IMG/VR virus record: IMGVR_UViG_3300021400_001413
Location: 15,327-79,326 of that record
DNA: 64,000 bases
Origin: a virus
Lineage: Duplodnaviria > Caudoviricetes
Direction: 5' to 3' (one strand)
A program made the position numbers and the translations under genes. A model generated the notes under the pieces. That model had not been told where the DNA came from. It saw only the letters and a list, made by a program, of their open reading frames with translations, and made no database searches. Positions 49,601 to 59,500 of this stretch are shown here, piece after piece. Numbering within the stretch: the first letter of the stretch is position 1; every line of letters starts with the position of its first letter.

Positions 49601-51429
49601 GAAATCAATATAATGACATAGTGCTTAAAAAGGAAGGTGTCAGAATGAAGTATAAGTCTACACCACACCTCGCCTTTAAGACTTCAAGTATCCTATGGAA
49701 GAAGTATAACACCAGTGTCCTTGATGACACACATAATTGTATTCTGCCTATACTAGAGGTTATTCAGGAGCCTACATTGCCATTTGGAGGAAGTTCCAAT
49801 GATGCTTTAAAGGAAAATGTATGGATTCCATGTGGAGAGCCAGTAAGACTTGACCACACAACATCAGTAGTTACTACATGGGAAGACGAAGAGGGAAATC
49901 CATTCCCTGTTGTTGAGGAACATGTTATCTTTGATTACAGCTATGGTGATACTTATTACCAGAGGTGGGATTGCTTGAAGACATATCCATTCACAAGAGA
50001 AGATCCTAACCAGCTTGTTGAGATAGGAAGCTTCATGCTGGAGACAAGGACTAATATTGATGGAAGATATGATAGGAATAGAGGCCAGATTAACAACCTC
50101 AATATGAGTCCTCAAAACTTTAATCTGTTTAATCCTGTATATAGTCAGATAAACAACTTCTTCTCATATAAGATTATGGATGAGGATTTCTACAAAGATA
50201 GTAAGTATCCAAGTCAAGTTACATGGAGTAAGACTAAGAGCTCAGAAGCTGATGTTGACTTGTGGACAAATGTTACACTTGCTTCTATCCTGGAGCTGGA
50301 TGGAGATAAAGGACCTATCAGTAAAATAATAAGGTTTAATGACCAACTATTGGCTTTTCAAGATAGTGGAGTATCACAGATACTGTATAATGAGAGGGCA
50401 CAGCTTTCAACAGAACAGGGAGTGCCTATTGAACTGGGTAATTCAGGCAAAGTTACTGGAAAGAGTTATATATCCAATGTAGTTGGCTGCTCTAATAAAT
50501 GGAGTATTGTGCAGACACCTTCAGGCATCTACTTTATGGATTCAAATGAGAAGAGCATCTATCTGTTTAACGGGCAGATGCAGAACCTTTCTACACAGGG
50601 AGGAGTTAATACCTTCTGCAAGAAATTTATCACATCAAGCGCAGTAAGTTGGAACCCAAACTTCCCTGTAGCAGATCCTCAGCATGAAAACCATTCAGCT
50701 TTTGTAGCCTATTATGATAGGTTAAATCAGGACGTGCAGTTTATTAATAACTCTATCTCACTGGCTTACTCTGAAAAGCTCAATGCCTTTACATCTTTCT
50801 ATGACTATGGAGGAGCTTCTTTCTTCTGTAATCTGGATGATACAGGCATATGGATAAAGGATAATACTTTATGGAAGCATCAGTCAGGAGATTATTGTAG
50901 ATTCTTCGGGGTAAATAAATCCTACTCTACTATCCTGATAGCTAATCAGGAGCCTCAAATTAGTAAGATATTTACCAATATGGAGTTTAGGGCTTGTGTG
51001 GACTATGATATGTGGCTTGATGAGGCTACAGGAAAATACTATCCATACTTACCATTTGACTCTCTTGAGGTTTGGGATGAGTATCAGCATGGTATAGGCT
51101 ACCTTAAAAACAATAAGAATATGAAGCCCTCCTCTCACCACACTTTGGATAATGAGGCAAGTCTCATCAGGAAGTTTAGGATTTGGAGAACTGATGTTCC
51201 TAGGGATAATGCTGGAGATGAAGATGTATTTGATGAAACATTTGACCAGTCTTTCTTTCCTACTGCAAGAATCAAGAAGCACCCAATGGATAGAATGAGG
51301 AATCCTTGGTTATACATAAAACTGAAAAAGGAGGCTGAACAGGATGACTTGACTGATCCAGATAATCCTAAATATAGAAGTTTGAATAGGACTGAAGTTC
51401 ACGATGTTATTGTGACATATTTTGATTAG
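46654..51429 (+). CDS. tail stabilisation/muzzle protein
   Basis: 1591 aa, beta-rich (KIYWTDGKNQPRVINI), ending with the RMRNPWLYIKL motif, directly before the cargo genes. Confidence 0.7.
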   Translation: MSKKFMGWKTRGMNRDLSVTAFNPEFAFENRNLRLSTNEANTLLSWVNERGTAKMELVSMDSRGEYHTAQLSGIPIGTAVINHQLIVFTTNYDVSQNKQADYIYKLHYKDNTKTSMVVEILFGENGDSLNFDVEHPLETLVNYESESIQKIYWTDGKNQPRVINIAKKTAQNDASQFDFVPELSLNEEIKVEKMLGANGMFAPGVIQYAFTYYRKNGQESNIFYTTPLHYISYRDRGASPEDKVENAFRITITNPDAHFDYLRIYSIQRTSIDSTPIVKRIQDLSLADAQSKTIQSDYFALSINKPTWSLNGSILSPEDMSYSEFKNPFGDGSIRCFGTDQFDYIIADGTHVEFKEAQAQGCMWITENPITHDDITGYWIFATDGISSDTLIPIEVTGEKDVIQLSYIDTGTSGDSIDPTELLYKGGETIVAETMEQKDGTLFLGNISIKRDQLKSYTDTVKAVTDITQSSRKFKPELISEGNYQYANQLTSYKVTSAGQTKESVPCGGFKTLDTYRLGVQFQHKSGKWSEPLWIGDETIYNRPHYDKINNIITVPTLKADIGKGRKGQDFLNNLKKANYTKLRPVVVFPKIQDRRVICQGIVNPTLFTSEHRNTQKDIYAQASWFFRASNGGKVDLNTGAVSPFSYNSSGDRTLPYTWKGISADTGGSFDPDRYSVSPSIAPISIRQVEIQGDYDVKNKFQIDNEFVTFNSPDIEFDEQLSLMDFSNTQFKQVGCSVFKSTLSDIDIQTVTPTCSNNGSGFVHNSFSMKDNGDPTTDSKGNHGIVSGLFYDDFVVEDWGEYAGEKNVIRSMVEQSSSAKWMVYLWNKTGALNNDIIRPANKGNMTSELKKKVISNLRYSETKFYDRPDGGQEDFIQTKEFILKPQLYSTDQTGILKFGDNVYKGNVDALLIPDNSDGQYFAHANSSITRAANTPFNSTHNWWKTFAVLNTNNRIKWPGLYRKSLTGDKSWRVPDDGESYTVGNQYNDIVLKKEGVRMKYKSTPHLAFKTSSILWKKYNTSVLDDTHNCILPILEVIQEPTLPFGGSSNDALKENVWIPCGEPVRLDHTTSVVTTWEDEEGNPFPVVEEHVIFDYSYGDTYYQRWDCLKTYPFTREDPNQLVEIGSFMLETRTNIDGRYDRNRGQINNLNMSPQNFNLFNPVYSQINNFFSYKIMDEDFYKDSKYPSQVTWSKTKSSEADVDLWTNVTLASILELDGDKGPISKIIRFNDQLLAFQDSGVSQILYNERAQLSTEQGVPIELGNSGKVTGKSYISNVVGCSNKWSIVQTPSGIYFMDSNEKSIYLFNGQMQNLSTQGGVNTFCKKFITSSAVSWNPNFPVADPQHENHSAFVAYYDRLNQDVQFINNSISLAYSEKLNAFTSFYDYGGASFFCNLDDTGIWIKDNTLWKHQSGDYCRFFGVNKSYSTILIANQEPQISKIFTNMEFRACVDYDMWLDEATGKYYPYLPFDSLEVWDEYQHGIGYLKNNKNMKPSSHHTLDNEASLIRKFRIWRTDVPRDNAGDEDVFDETFDQSFFPTARIKKHPMDRMRNPWLYIKLKKEAEQDDLTDPDNPKYRSLNRTEVHDVIVTYFD

Positions 51430-51461
51430 TGTTTAGTAGTTACGTTTATTAGTTATTTTGG

Positions 51462-51498
51462 GGTAAGGAAGTCCTTAATGATTTCCTTACCTTTTTTA
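51462..51498 (+). terminator. intrinsic terminator
   Basis: GGTAAGGAAGTC...GATTTCCTTACC followed by a T-run. Confidence 0.7.
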
Positions 51499-51604
51499 TG
51501 TTCAAAGGATAATAAAAAGTTGGTATAGGACTACAATAAAATTATCTTGCTTTCTATGTTATGACTAAAGACTTATCTTTGCAATCAAAATAAAACGTTT
51601 TATT

Positions 51605-54600
51605 ATGAGACAAAAGAATAGACTATATACAGTCAATAAGTTCAATAAACCTCTCTTTGCTCCTGAAGGGAATTTGTTTCTCAATGGGGGCAATGCTAAT
51701 GCATTAGCACAAGCTGATTACCAGAAAAACCCCTGGAATTACACTCAAGACTATATGTATGGTAATGGTCCTAGTATTACAGACCAATATTTGAATTCTA
51801 AAAATGCTTTTGGTATCTCTAAAGCACAAAACCCATTTAGTAAAGCTAACTTAGGCATTGCCCCAGGAGGCTCTGCTCTAAAAGGTGTAGGAAGTGCAAT
51901 GGGTTCTGCTCTAATTGGGGGTGTTGCAGGAATGGGAGCTCAAATAATTGGTGATACTATTGGTGGTATAGCAGGAGCTATAGGTAATGGAGTCGGCAAT
52001 CTTCTAGGAGGGGGAAAGAAAAGTGGTGCAGGAAATGCAGTACAGAGTGTTACAGGAGGACTTGGCAATATTGTAGGAGGTGTTCCTATTGTAGGTGGAC
52101 TTGCAAAAGGTGCTCTCAATCTAGTTGGAGGTGTTGTTGGTGGAGGCATTAATGCTCTAGTAGGAACCAAAATAGACCAAGAAAAGCTAAATGCTGCAAA
52201 AGAGGGAACTACTGCTTTAAACAATTTCTCTTCTACAGCATCTTCCCTGGATGATATTAAGGGTCCTCAAGCACAGCTGAATGTGCAAGATGCATATAAA
52301 GGAGGAGTGTTCAAAAAAGGATGGGCAAGAAAAAGAAATGAGCAACTGAAAGAAGCAAGAACTGATGCCAGTCTTTTAGCTCAGAGAGGCATACTTAATA
52401 ATGCAGAGAACTTGATGGCAGATTCTTTAAATGAGGAACTTGCTAATTATTCTGCTTATGGAGGACCACTTAGTTTTGGTGGAGGAGCTTTGGGTTTAAT
52501 GCAGCAGAACAGATACTTTGACACTATTGATAAAAGAAGTGAGGCTATTGCTGGTAAAGGACAAACTATGCAAACTGGATTTACTGGTGGTGCAAAGACT
52601 TTTGCAGATGGAGGACTAAAGTCTGCTTTCTTAGATGAGTTTGGTTCAGACCCTATTGGTGCTGCTGTAAGATATAATAGAGGACTTGAAGCTCTGGCAG
52701 CTCAAGAGGAGGCAAAACAGATAGAGGCTCAGAGAGAAGCAGAGTATGCTGATATGCAAAAGAAACTATCTTCTTTGGAAACAGAGAACCAAGGACTTCA
52801 AGCATTAATGACTGCAAATCCTTCAGTAAATCCTCTACCTGTAGTACCGGAAATCCCCACATCTTCACATACTCCCTCTAGAGCTACCTCAAAGAGAAGT
52901 TTTGGCAATAGCAACTGGGACTATATTGAAGACCAATTAAGAAGAAGTGGTAAATTCAATGATACACAAATACAAGGTATCAAGTATAATCTTCAGAGAG
53001 AATCTTCTATTGACCCTACTGTTGTTGGTGATGGAGGTTCTGCTTTTGGTTTAGGACAGTGGCATGGTAGCCGTAAACCAAAGGATATGAGTCTTGAAGG
53101 ACAGACAAGACATCTGATAGATACATTGAGTGCTTTTGATGGTAAGGAACATTGGATTAACAAGAAAGACTACGAGGGATTCTTGAATGCCAGAACTCCA
53201 GAAGAAGCACATTACTATTTAGCTAAAGGTTATGAAAGGCCAAGGGCTAATATTGTAGCAAAAGTAAAACGAGATAGTGATATGAGTTTAAAGAATTTAA
53301 GTGCATTTGGTGGAGAATTAGGGACCAATATCACAGATTGGACTAATGGACTTTTATATATTGATAAGGGAGGATCACATGAAGAAAATCCTTTGGATGG
53401 AGTTCCTATGGGCTTAGATCCTCAAGGAATTCCTAATCTTGTGGAGGAAGGAGAGACTGTATACGATGACTATGTATTCTCAGATAGAATGAAAGTTCCA
53501 TTCTTTATGTATAAGGAATTAGGACTTGGTGGAGTAATGAAGAAGAAAGGAAAGGAAATGAGCTTTGCTGATGCTAGTAAGAAGTTGGCTCAAGAAAGTG
53601 AAAAGAGACCTAATGATCCAATTAGCAGAGACAGTCTTCAAGCAAGTCTTGCTAAATTGGCTGAGATACAGGAAACTGAGAGAATGAAGAAACAGGCTGA
53701 GGAGTATATGGGATTAGAAGGGTATGCTTGTGGAGGAAAACTAGGACATAAATATAAATTAGGTTCTGGTCTTCATTCTCGTAAGGTAGTAAAGAATAGT
53801 TCTAATATGAACTATGATGGTGCTCATGCAGATGGCATAACATGGAACTTTAATCCACATGAAGACGAAGTAAGGGAGCAGATGGGATTTGGGAATACCT
53901 CTCCTGTCACTGAAGCAGCTAGGCAAGCTATAGCTATGGAGGGTTATATTCCAGAGTATAATGATGAGAGTGCAGATGCTGTAGATTTCTTGACTAATGG
54001 AATAGACAGCAGGTTAGCAAGGGAAAATGGACCTAAGACCTATGGTACTTGGATGAGGTATGCTCCAGCTGTAGGTGCTGGTGTAATGACTCTTACAGAT
54101 GCTTTAGGACTGACTAATAAGCCTGATTATACTTATGCAGCTGGAATAGAAGCTGCTGCAAGAGCTGCTGGATATGCTCCAGATATATCTTATAAGCCTA
54201 TTGGTGATTATATGAGATATACTCCTTTGGATAGACAGTATTACATTAATCAGTTGATGGCTAATTCAAGAGCCACTGACAGAGCCCTTTCCAATTCACC
54301 CTCTCCCTCTAGAGCTGCTGGATTGCTAGCTAATAGTTATAATACTACTTTGTCACTTGGAAATCTTGCAAGACAGGCTGAAGAATATAATAGAGCACAA
54401 TATGAGAGAACTAAGGAGTTTAATCGTAAGACTAATATGTTTAACTCTCAAATGGATCTGGAGGCAGCAATGGCTAATGCAAGATACCAACAGGCTGCAA
54501 AACAAATGGGCTTAAGTGGTTTGGCTCAGGCAGCAGCACTTAGAGAACAGATTGATGCCAGGACTGGTGCAGCTAAGAGTGCTAACTTAAGTAACTTCCT

Positions 54601-54751
54601 GACTTCACTTGGTAACATTGGCAGAGAAAACTTTGCTATGAATCAGATTAATACTGATAGAAGCCGTCATTACTATGGAAACCTTAGTGGTAATGTAGGT
54701 GGATATAAGAGTAAGAAAAAGTCTTGCGGAGGTAAGTTAAATCGTAAATAA
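51605..54751 (+). CDS. virion cargo protein 1 with Gly-rich TM region and phage-tail-lysozyme domain
   Basis: Gly-rich hydrophobic segment; GIKYNLQRESS...GDGGSAFGLGQWHGSR lysozyme-like motif bounded by AxGG motifs; TATCTTTG at 51574-51581. Confidence 0.7.
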   Translation: MRQKNRLYTVNKFNKPLFAPEGNLFLNGGNANALAQADYQKNPWNYTQDYMYGNGPSITDQYLNSKNAFGISKAQNPFSKANLGIAPGGSALKGVGSAMGSALIGGVAGMGAQIIGDTIGGIAGAIGNGVGNLLGGGKKSGAGNAVQSVTGGLGNIVGGVPIVGGLAKGALNLVGGVVGGGINALVGTKIDQEKLNAAKEGTTALNNFSSTASSLDDIKGPQAQLNVQDAYKGGVFKKGWARKRNEQLKEARTDASLLAQRGILNNAENLMADSLNEELANYSAYGGPLSFGGGALGLMQQNRYFDTIDKRSEAIAGKGQTMQTGFTGGAKTFADGGLKSAFLDEFGSDPIGAAVRYNRGLEALAAQEEAKQIEAQREAEYADMQKKLSSLETENQGLQALMTANPSVNPLPVVPEIPTSSHTPSRATSKRSFGNSNWDYIEDQLRRSGKFNDTQIQGIKYNLQRESSIDPTVVGDGGSAFGLGQWHGSRKPKDMSLEGQTRHLIDTLSAFDGKEHWINKKDYEGFLNARTPEEAHYYLAKGYERPRANIVAKVKRDSDMSLKNLSAFGGELGTNITDWTNGLLYIDKGGSHEENPLDGVPMGLDPQGIPNLVEEGETVYDDYVFSDRMKVPFFMYKELGLGGVMKKKGKEMSFADASKKLAQESEKRPNDPISRDSLQASLAKLAEIQETERMKKQAEEYMGLEGYACGGKLGHKYKLGSGLHSRKVVKNSSNMNYDGAHADGITWNFNPHEDEVREQMGFGNTSPVTEAARQAIAMEGYIPEYNDESADAVDFLTNGIDSRLARENGPKTYGTWMRYAPAVGAGVMTLTDALGLTNKPDYTYAAGIEAAARAAGYAPDISYKPIGDYMRYTPLDRQYYINQLMANSRATDRALSNSPSPSRAAGLLANSYNTTLSLGNLARQAEEYNRAQYERTKEFNRKTNMFNSQMDLEAAMANARYQQAAKQMGLSGLAQAAALREQIDARTGAAKSANLSNFLTSLGNIGRENFAMNQINTDRSRHYYGNLSGNVGGYKSKKKSCGGKLNRK

Positions 54752-54764
54752 TAGGAGAAGAGAT

Positions 54765-56501
54765 ATGAAAAACTATTCGCTAACTGTTAATAGTACCTTC
54801 CAACCCTTTACTTATCAGGAGTTGGCAGCACCTCTAGACAGACAGGAACTCTATCATGAGAAACTGGCTGATGAGTACGATAAGCTTTCTTCTCAGGCTG
54901 ATGTGCTTGAAGCAATGGGAGCTAATGATAGGGATAAAAACTCTGGAGCCTATAGTAGATATAAGGCTTATAGTGATAAATTGAGGCAAGAAGCTGATGA
55001 CTTATATAAGTTTGGTCTTAACACAGAAAGCAGACAAAGACTTTCTGATTTACGCAGGATGTATAACACAGAAATAGTGCCTATACAGAATGCTTGGAGT
55101 AAGAGAGAAAAAGAAGCCGATGACCAAATGAAAGCAAGTTTGCAGAATCCTTCTCTGATGTTTACCAGGGATGCAAGAAGCACAACTTTGGATGACTATA
55201 TAAGAAATCCTACTGGTGGTTATGGTGTTATTAACGGTGCTAATATCACAGCACAGATGGCTGGTATGGCTAAGAACTTAGCCAAGCAGGTAAGAAGCGG
55301 TAATAGGCAGAACATTGATGCCTATACCTATAATTATATAGAGAAATATGGATTGGATGAGAATCTGATTAGAAACTGGCAGGATTCACCAACTCTCAGT
55401 GCCATGTATAAACAGGTAATGGAGAGCAATGGTGTTACTCCTGAGGCTCTTAACGGCAGTTCTAATATGCAGAGCATTGTAGACAAGAGTACTGGCTATG
55501 CTGAAATGGGTATGTGGAATGCTATGGGTGAGGATAAGAGCCACATTGTTGAAGATTATGGAGCAAGACTTGAAGCACAAGCTCAGAAGGAGATTGCTGT
55601 GGCACAAGCCAAAGAAGCAGCTAAACAGGAAGGAGGTATATCAGATATTCCTAATTGGGCTGAAGAAAGAGCTGGAATCAAAACTTCTGATGGTTATATA
55701 ACCAATGCTCCTGAAGTTCTAAATAGTCTTAAAGTGGGTTATGATGGATTAAAGGCAAGTGTGTTTGGAAGATACACGAACTCTGTTAATCCAATGGCTA
55801 TCTATGAAGACTACCAGAATGAGTTGAAGAAGCATACTAAGAAAGAGCATGTGTATGAAAATGGTACAGATATGATAAAAAGTGTGCCAGATGAAAATGC
55901 TGCTAAGAGAGCTACTCTGAATAAATACCGTAAGTATGGTGTATCTGATATTCTAAGTAAGGATCAATATGATATCCTTAAAGGAATGGGATATACTAAT
56001 ACTAGTAAGTTTGGTAATCGGTTTAGTGTTCTTGAAAAAGGCCTTGATAAGTTAGCTACACAATATACAAGATACTCTACTAAGATGTCTGGGTATGACT
56101 TACCAAGTGATGCTGTAAGAACAAATATACTTAGGATGCCAGATGCTCAGTTCAAGAGTGGAAAAATGTGGGATATGAAAGATGATGGTAGCCTAGGAAG
56201 CCCTGTAACAAACAAAAATGATTTGAATCTAAAGACAAATGATAATACAAAGGGTAACGAGGTTACTGATATTCAGTATGATCCACAGCACAAGGGAAAA
56301 ATCTTGATTACATTCAGTGATGGTACTAGAAAGATTGCTAGCCCTGATATAATTGATGCACAGCTTACAAGAGCACTTAACACGTGGGAAACTGCTGGCA
56401 GAGACAAAAATGGATATGACCCAAGAATCATTACTGGAATGATTAGCAAATGGCTGAATACATATAATAAGACACAAGGTAAAACAAGTAGTAAAGAGTA
56501 A
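54765..56501 (+). CDS. virion cargo protein 2
   Basis: 578 aa; NSTFQPFTYQELAAP start typical of crAss-like ejected proteins; synteny. Confidence 0.6.
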   Translation: MKNYSLTVNSTFQPFTYQELAAPLDRQELYHEKLADEYDKLSSQADVLEAMGANDRDKNSGAYSRYKAYSDKLRQEADDLYKFGLNTESRQRLSDLRRMYNTEIVPIQNAWSKREKEADDQMKASLQNPSLMFTRDARSTTLDDYIRNPTGGYGVINGANITAQMAGMAKNLAKQVRSGNRQNIDAYTYNYIEKYGLDENLIRNWQDSPTLSAMYKQVMESNGVTPEALNGSSNMQSIVDKSTGYAEMGMWNAMGEDKSHIVEDYGARLEAQAQKEIAVAQAKEAAKQEGGISDIPNWAEERAGIKTSDGYITNAPEVLNSLKVGYDGLKASVFGRYTNSVNPMAIYEDYQNELKKHTKKEHVYENGTDMIKSVPDENAAKRATLNKYRKYGVSDILSKDQYDILKGMGYTNTSKFGNRFSVLEKGLDKLATQYTRYSTKMSGYDLPSDAVRTNILRMPDAQFKSGKMWDMKDDGSLGSPVTNKNDLNLKTNDNTKGNEVTDIQYDPQHKGKILITFSDGTRKIASPDIIDAQLTRALNTWETAGRDKNGYDPRIITGMISKWLNTYNKTQGKTSSKE

Positions 56502-56503
56502 CT

Positions 56504-59500
56504 ATGGCAGATATTAGAGAAACTGGACCTGTAGGACTCAAAGGCCTTAAGGGTATTAATCAGCAGAAAGATATAAGTGAAATGTCTTTGGAAGAGCAAT
56601 GGAAGTCTATCAACTCCATTCCGAAGATTACATATAGTGCAGCCCCAGAGGAGTCTGTAGGACTAGCTGCTATGCAAGCTGGGTATGGAGATTCTCAATA
56701 TGATGAAGGAATAACTTCAGCTTCTCAGTTTGAAGATATAGGAGATATCAGGTATGCAAATCAACCTTGGTATGATACTCTTGCAAATGGTTTGGGTAAG
56801 ATGCTAGGTACTGCAGGTACTACCTTTGTATCTTCTCTTGTAGGATTACCCTATGGTTTATACCAGGCAGCTAACCAAGGTAGATGGTCTGCCCTTTGGG
56901 ACAATGATGTAACCCAGGGATTAGCAGAAGCAGATAAGTGGCTTGAGGAAAACATGACTAATTATCGCTCTCAAGTTCAGCAGAACTCCCCTTGGTATGA
57001 CCCTGAGAATCTTTTCTCAATGAACTTTATTGCTGATGATGTCATCAAGAATATGGGATTTACACTTGGTGCTGCTGCTTCTATGGCAGTAGGCTCAGGT
57101 TCACTTGGTCTTCTGAGTAAGTCTCTTGGTTTTGTAAATGACATAGGCAAAGGAACAAAAATGGGACAGGCAGCTCTTTCTGCTCTATTCTCTGCTACAG
57201 GTGAAGGTATGATAGAAGCCAGACAGGGTGTAGAAGAAAGAAATAAGCTTGAGATGCAGAGGCTTGATGATGCCTTGTTGCCACAGAAGCAGGCTCTTGA
57301 ATTAGAGTTCCAGCAAGTAGAGCAAGAGTATGCAGCCAATAGAGGAAAGACGCTAGTAATGGGGCCTGATGGTAATGCTATTGACCCTGCCTATGAGCAG
57401 TATAGGGAAAAAATGGCAGACCTTCAGGAGCAAAGGGATGCTTTGCAACAGAAATATGAAGCAGGCAAACAGCAGATTATGGAGAGTGGTCAGGAGATGG
57501 GTAACAAGATTCTTCTGGCTAACCAAGGTTTGCTGACTCTTGGAAATCTGATTCAGTTTGGTAAGGGAATGGTGAAAAGTTTTGATTCTGCCAGACATGC
57601 TGCTGAAATAAGTTCTAAGACTATAAAGCCTACTCTTGTTGGTGCTGAAAAACTTGCAGATGGAACATATAAAGTTGTAGGCAAAAATGCAGGAAGAGCT
57701 TTGGCTGCTACTAAAGGCATATTCACTGAAGGTTCTGAAGAAATGAACCAACAGTGGATTCAGTCATCTTCTGGAGCTTCAGTAAATGAGGCAGATGTAA
57801 ATGACTATTGGAAAGCAAAACTTGACCCTGAGGCATACAGAGAAACAACTCAGGGACTCTACACTGTAGGCAGTATCCTTGACAGAGGTTTCCAAGAGTC
57901 TTGGGGTGATGTAGACCAATGGGAACAGTTTGTCATTGGTGGTCTTACTGGTATGGCTGGTAGCTATTCTCCAACAAAGATATTCAATCAAGATAAAACC
58001 AAGGCTGCTTGGGATCCACGCAGATATGGTTCTTGGGAAGGCGGAGCTATCAATGAATTGAGAGACTTCAATAGAGAATATAACCAATATCAGGAAAATA
58101 TTGATGACCTAAATAAGATACTCCAGAGTGAGGATTTCCCTGCAAGAATCAAGAGTGCTGTAGGTCATACATATACCCAAGGTCAAAAAGATACAGCTGT
58201 AGAGGGTGATGATAAGAAGGCTTGGAAGGATGCTGATGATAAACAGATGATACACGATATTCAGGCATTCCTGAGAGCAGGAAAGCTTGATGACTTGAGG
58301 ACTATCTATAATGAGTTAGGTACACAGCTCTCTAATGAAGATGTGCAGAATATCATCAAGAGCACTACCAAGGAGATTACTGCTGAGGAAGATAAGCAGA
58401 ATTCTGACAAATGGCACGATGAACAAATTGCTGCTCACCAAAGGAAGATTACAGAACTTCAGCAGAGAGCACAGGATATTGGGGACTCTCAAGATATGCT
58501 TGAGGGAGCTGAGAGAGTAGATTATCAAGCTGCTGTAACTCCAGAGTTAGAAAAGATATTTGCAGAAATAGATAGAGAGTATGATCTCATTAGTGGCTTG
58601 GAACACATGAAAGAAGTGTATGTTCCAAAGAAATACTATGAAGGGGCTTATGTTGATAGGGATGGTAATCAAATAGTCAGCAATGATGAAATCAGGGAAA
58701 CTGTAAAGCATAACTCTGAAGAGTTGAATAGAAAGCTGGATAGCTATCTGAATTCTATTGATTATGTGAACAGGAGAACCAATGGTGCTTTGACAAAAGA
58801 CCAGGAAGATAACTTGGCTTATCTACACAACTTGGGTAAAGAGAGTAATGTAAGAATGCAGAAGATTATGGCAGATGTTAGAAAGCAACTGCCTAAGACT
58901 TTTTTGCTTAAGACTTCAAAGACTCCAGAGCAACTAACTAAGGAGAATGCATCTTCAGACTTGGTATTTAATAGAGACGAGAACACAAAAGAAGGATACG
59001 TAGAAGTAGATACTTCTATGATGAATGATGCTGCCTTTGCAGATTTCTTCCAAAGAGAAGTAATGAGAGGTGGTAATATCAGACCTGAGTTTGGTGAAAC
59101 TGCTGATGAAAAGGCTGCAAAGGAGGAGGAAGAGAAGAATCTACCTGAAGCTGAAAAGAAAAAGAAGGCAAGAGAAAGAGCTTCTAAGAAATGGCAAGAT
59201 GCTATTCAGAAAATGCAGGATGATGCCAATGAACAGTGGGATACTAACTGGAGAATGTTGGTAGACAACTTTATGGATAATTACAAGAAGAACAACAATG
59301 CTACTCTTGATGAAACCATAGAAGCTTTTCAGCAGGTAAAGCAGAATCTTCAGGATGCATCAAACCTCTTTGACCAAGCAGGTGAGTACCAGAGAACTTT
59401 GATGGAATACATGGCTAATCCATCTAAGGTAGATGAAGACAGAGCTAAAGCGGAGAATACAGCACAGAAAGCAGCGGATGAACAGCAAGCTAAGAATGAA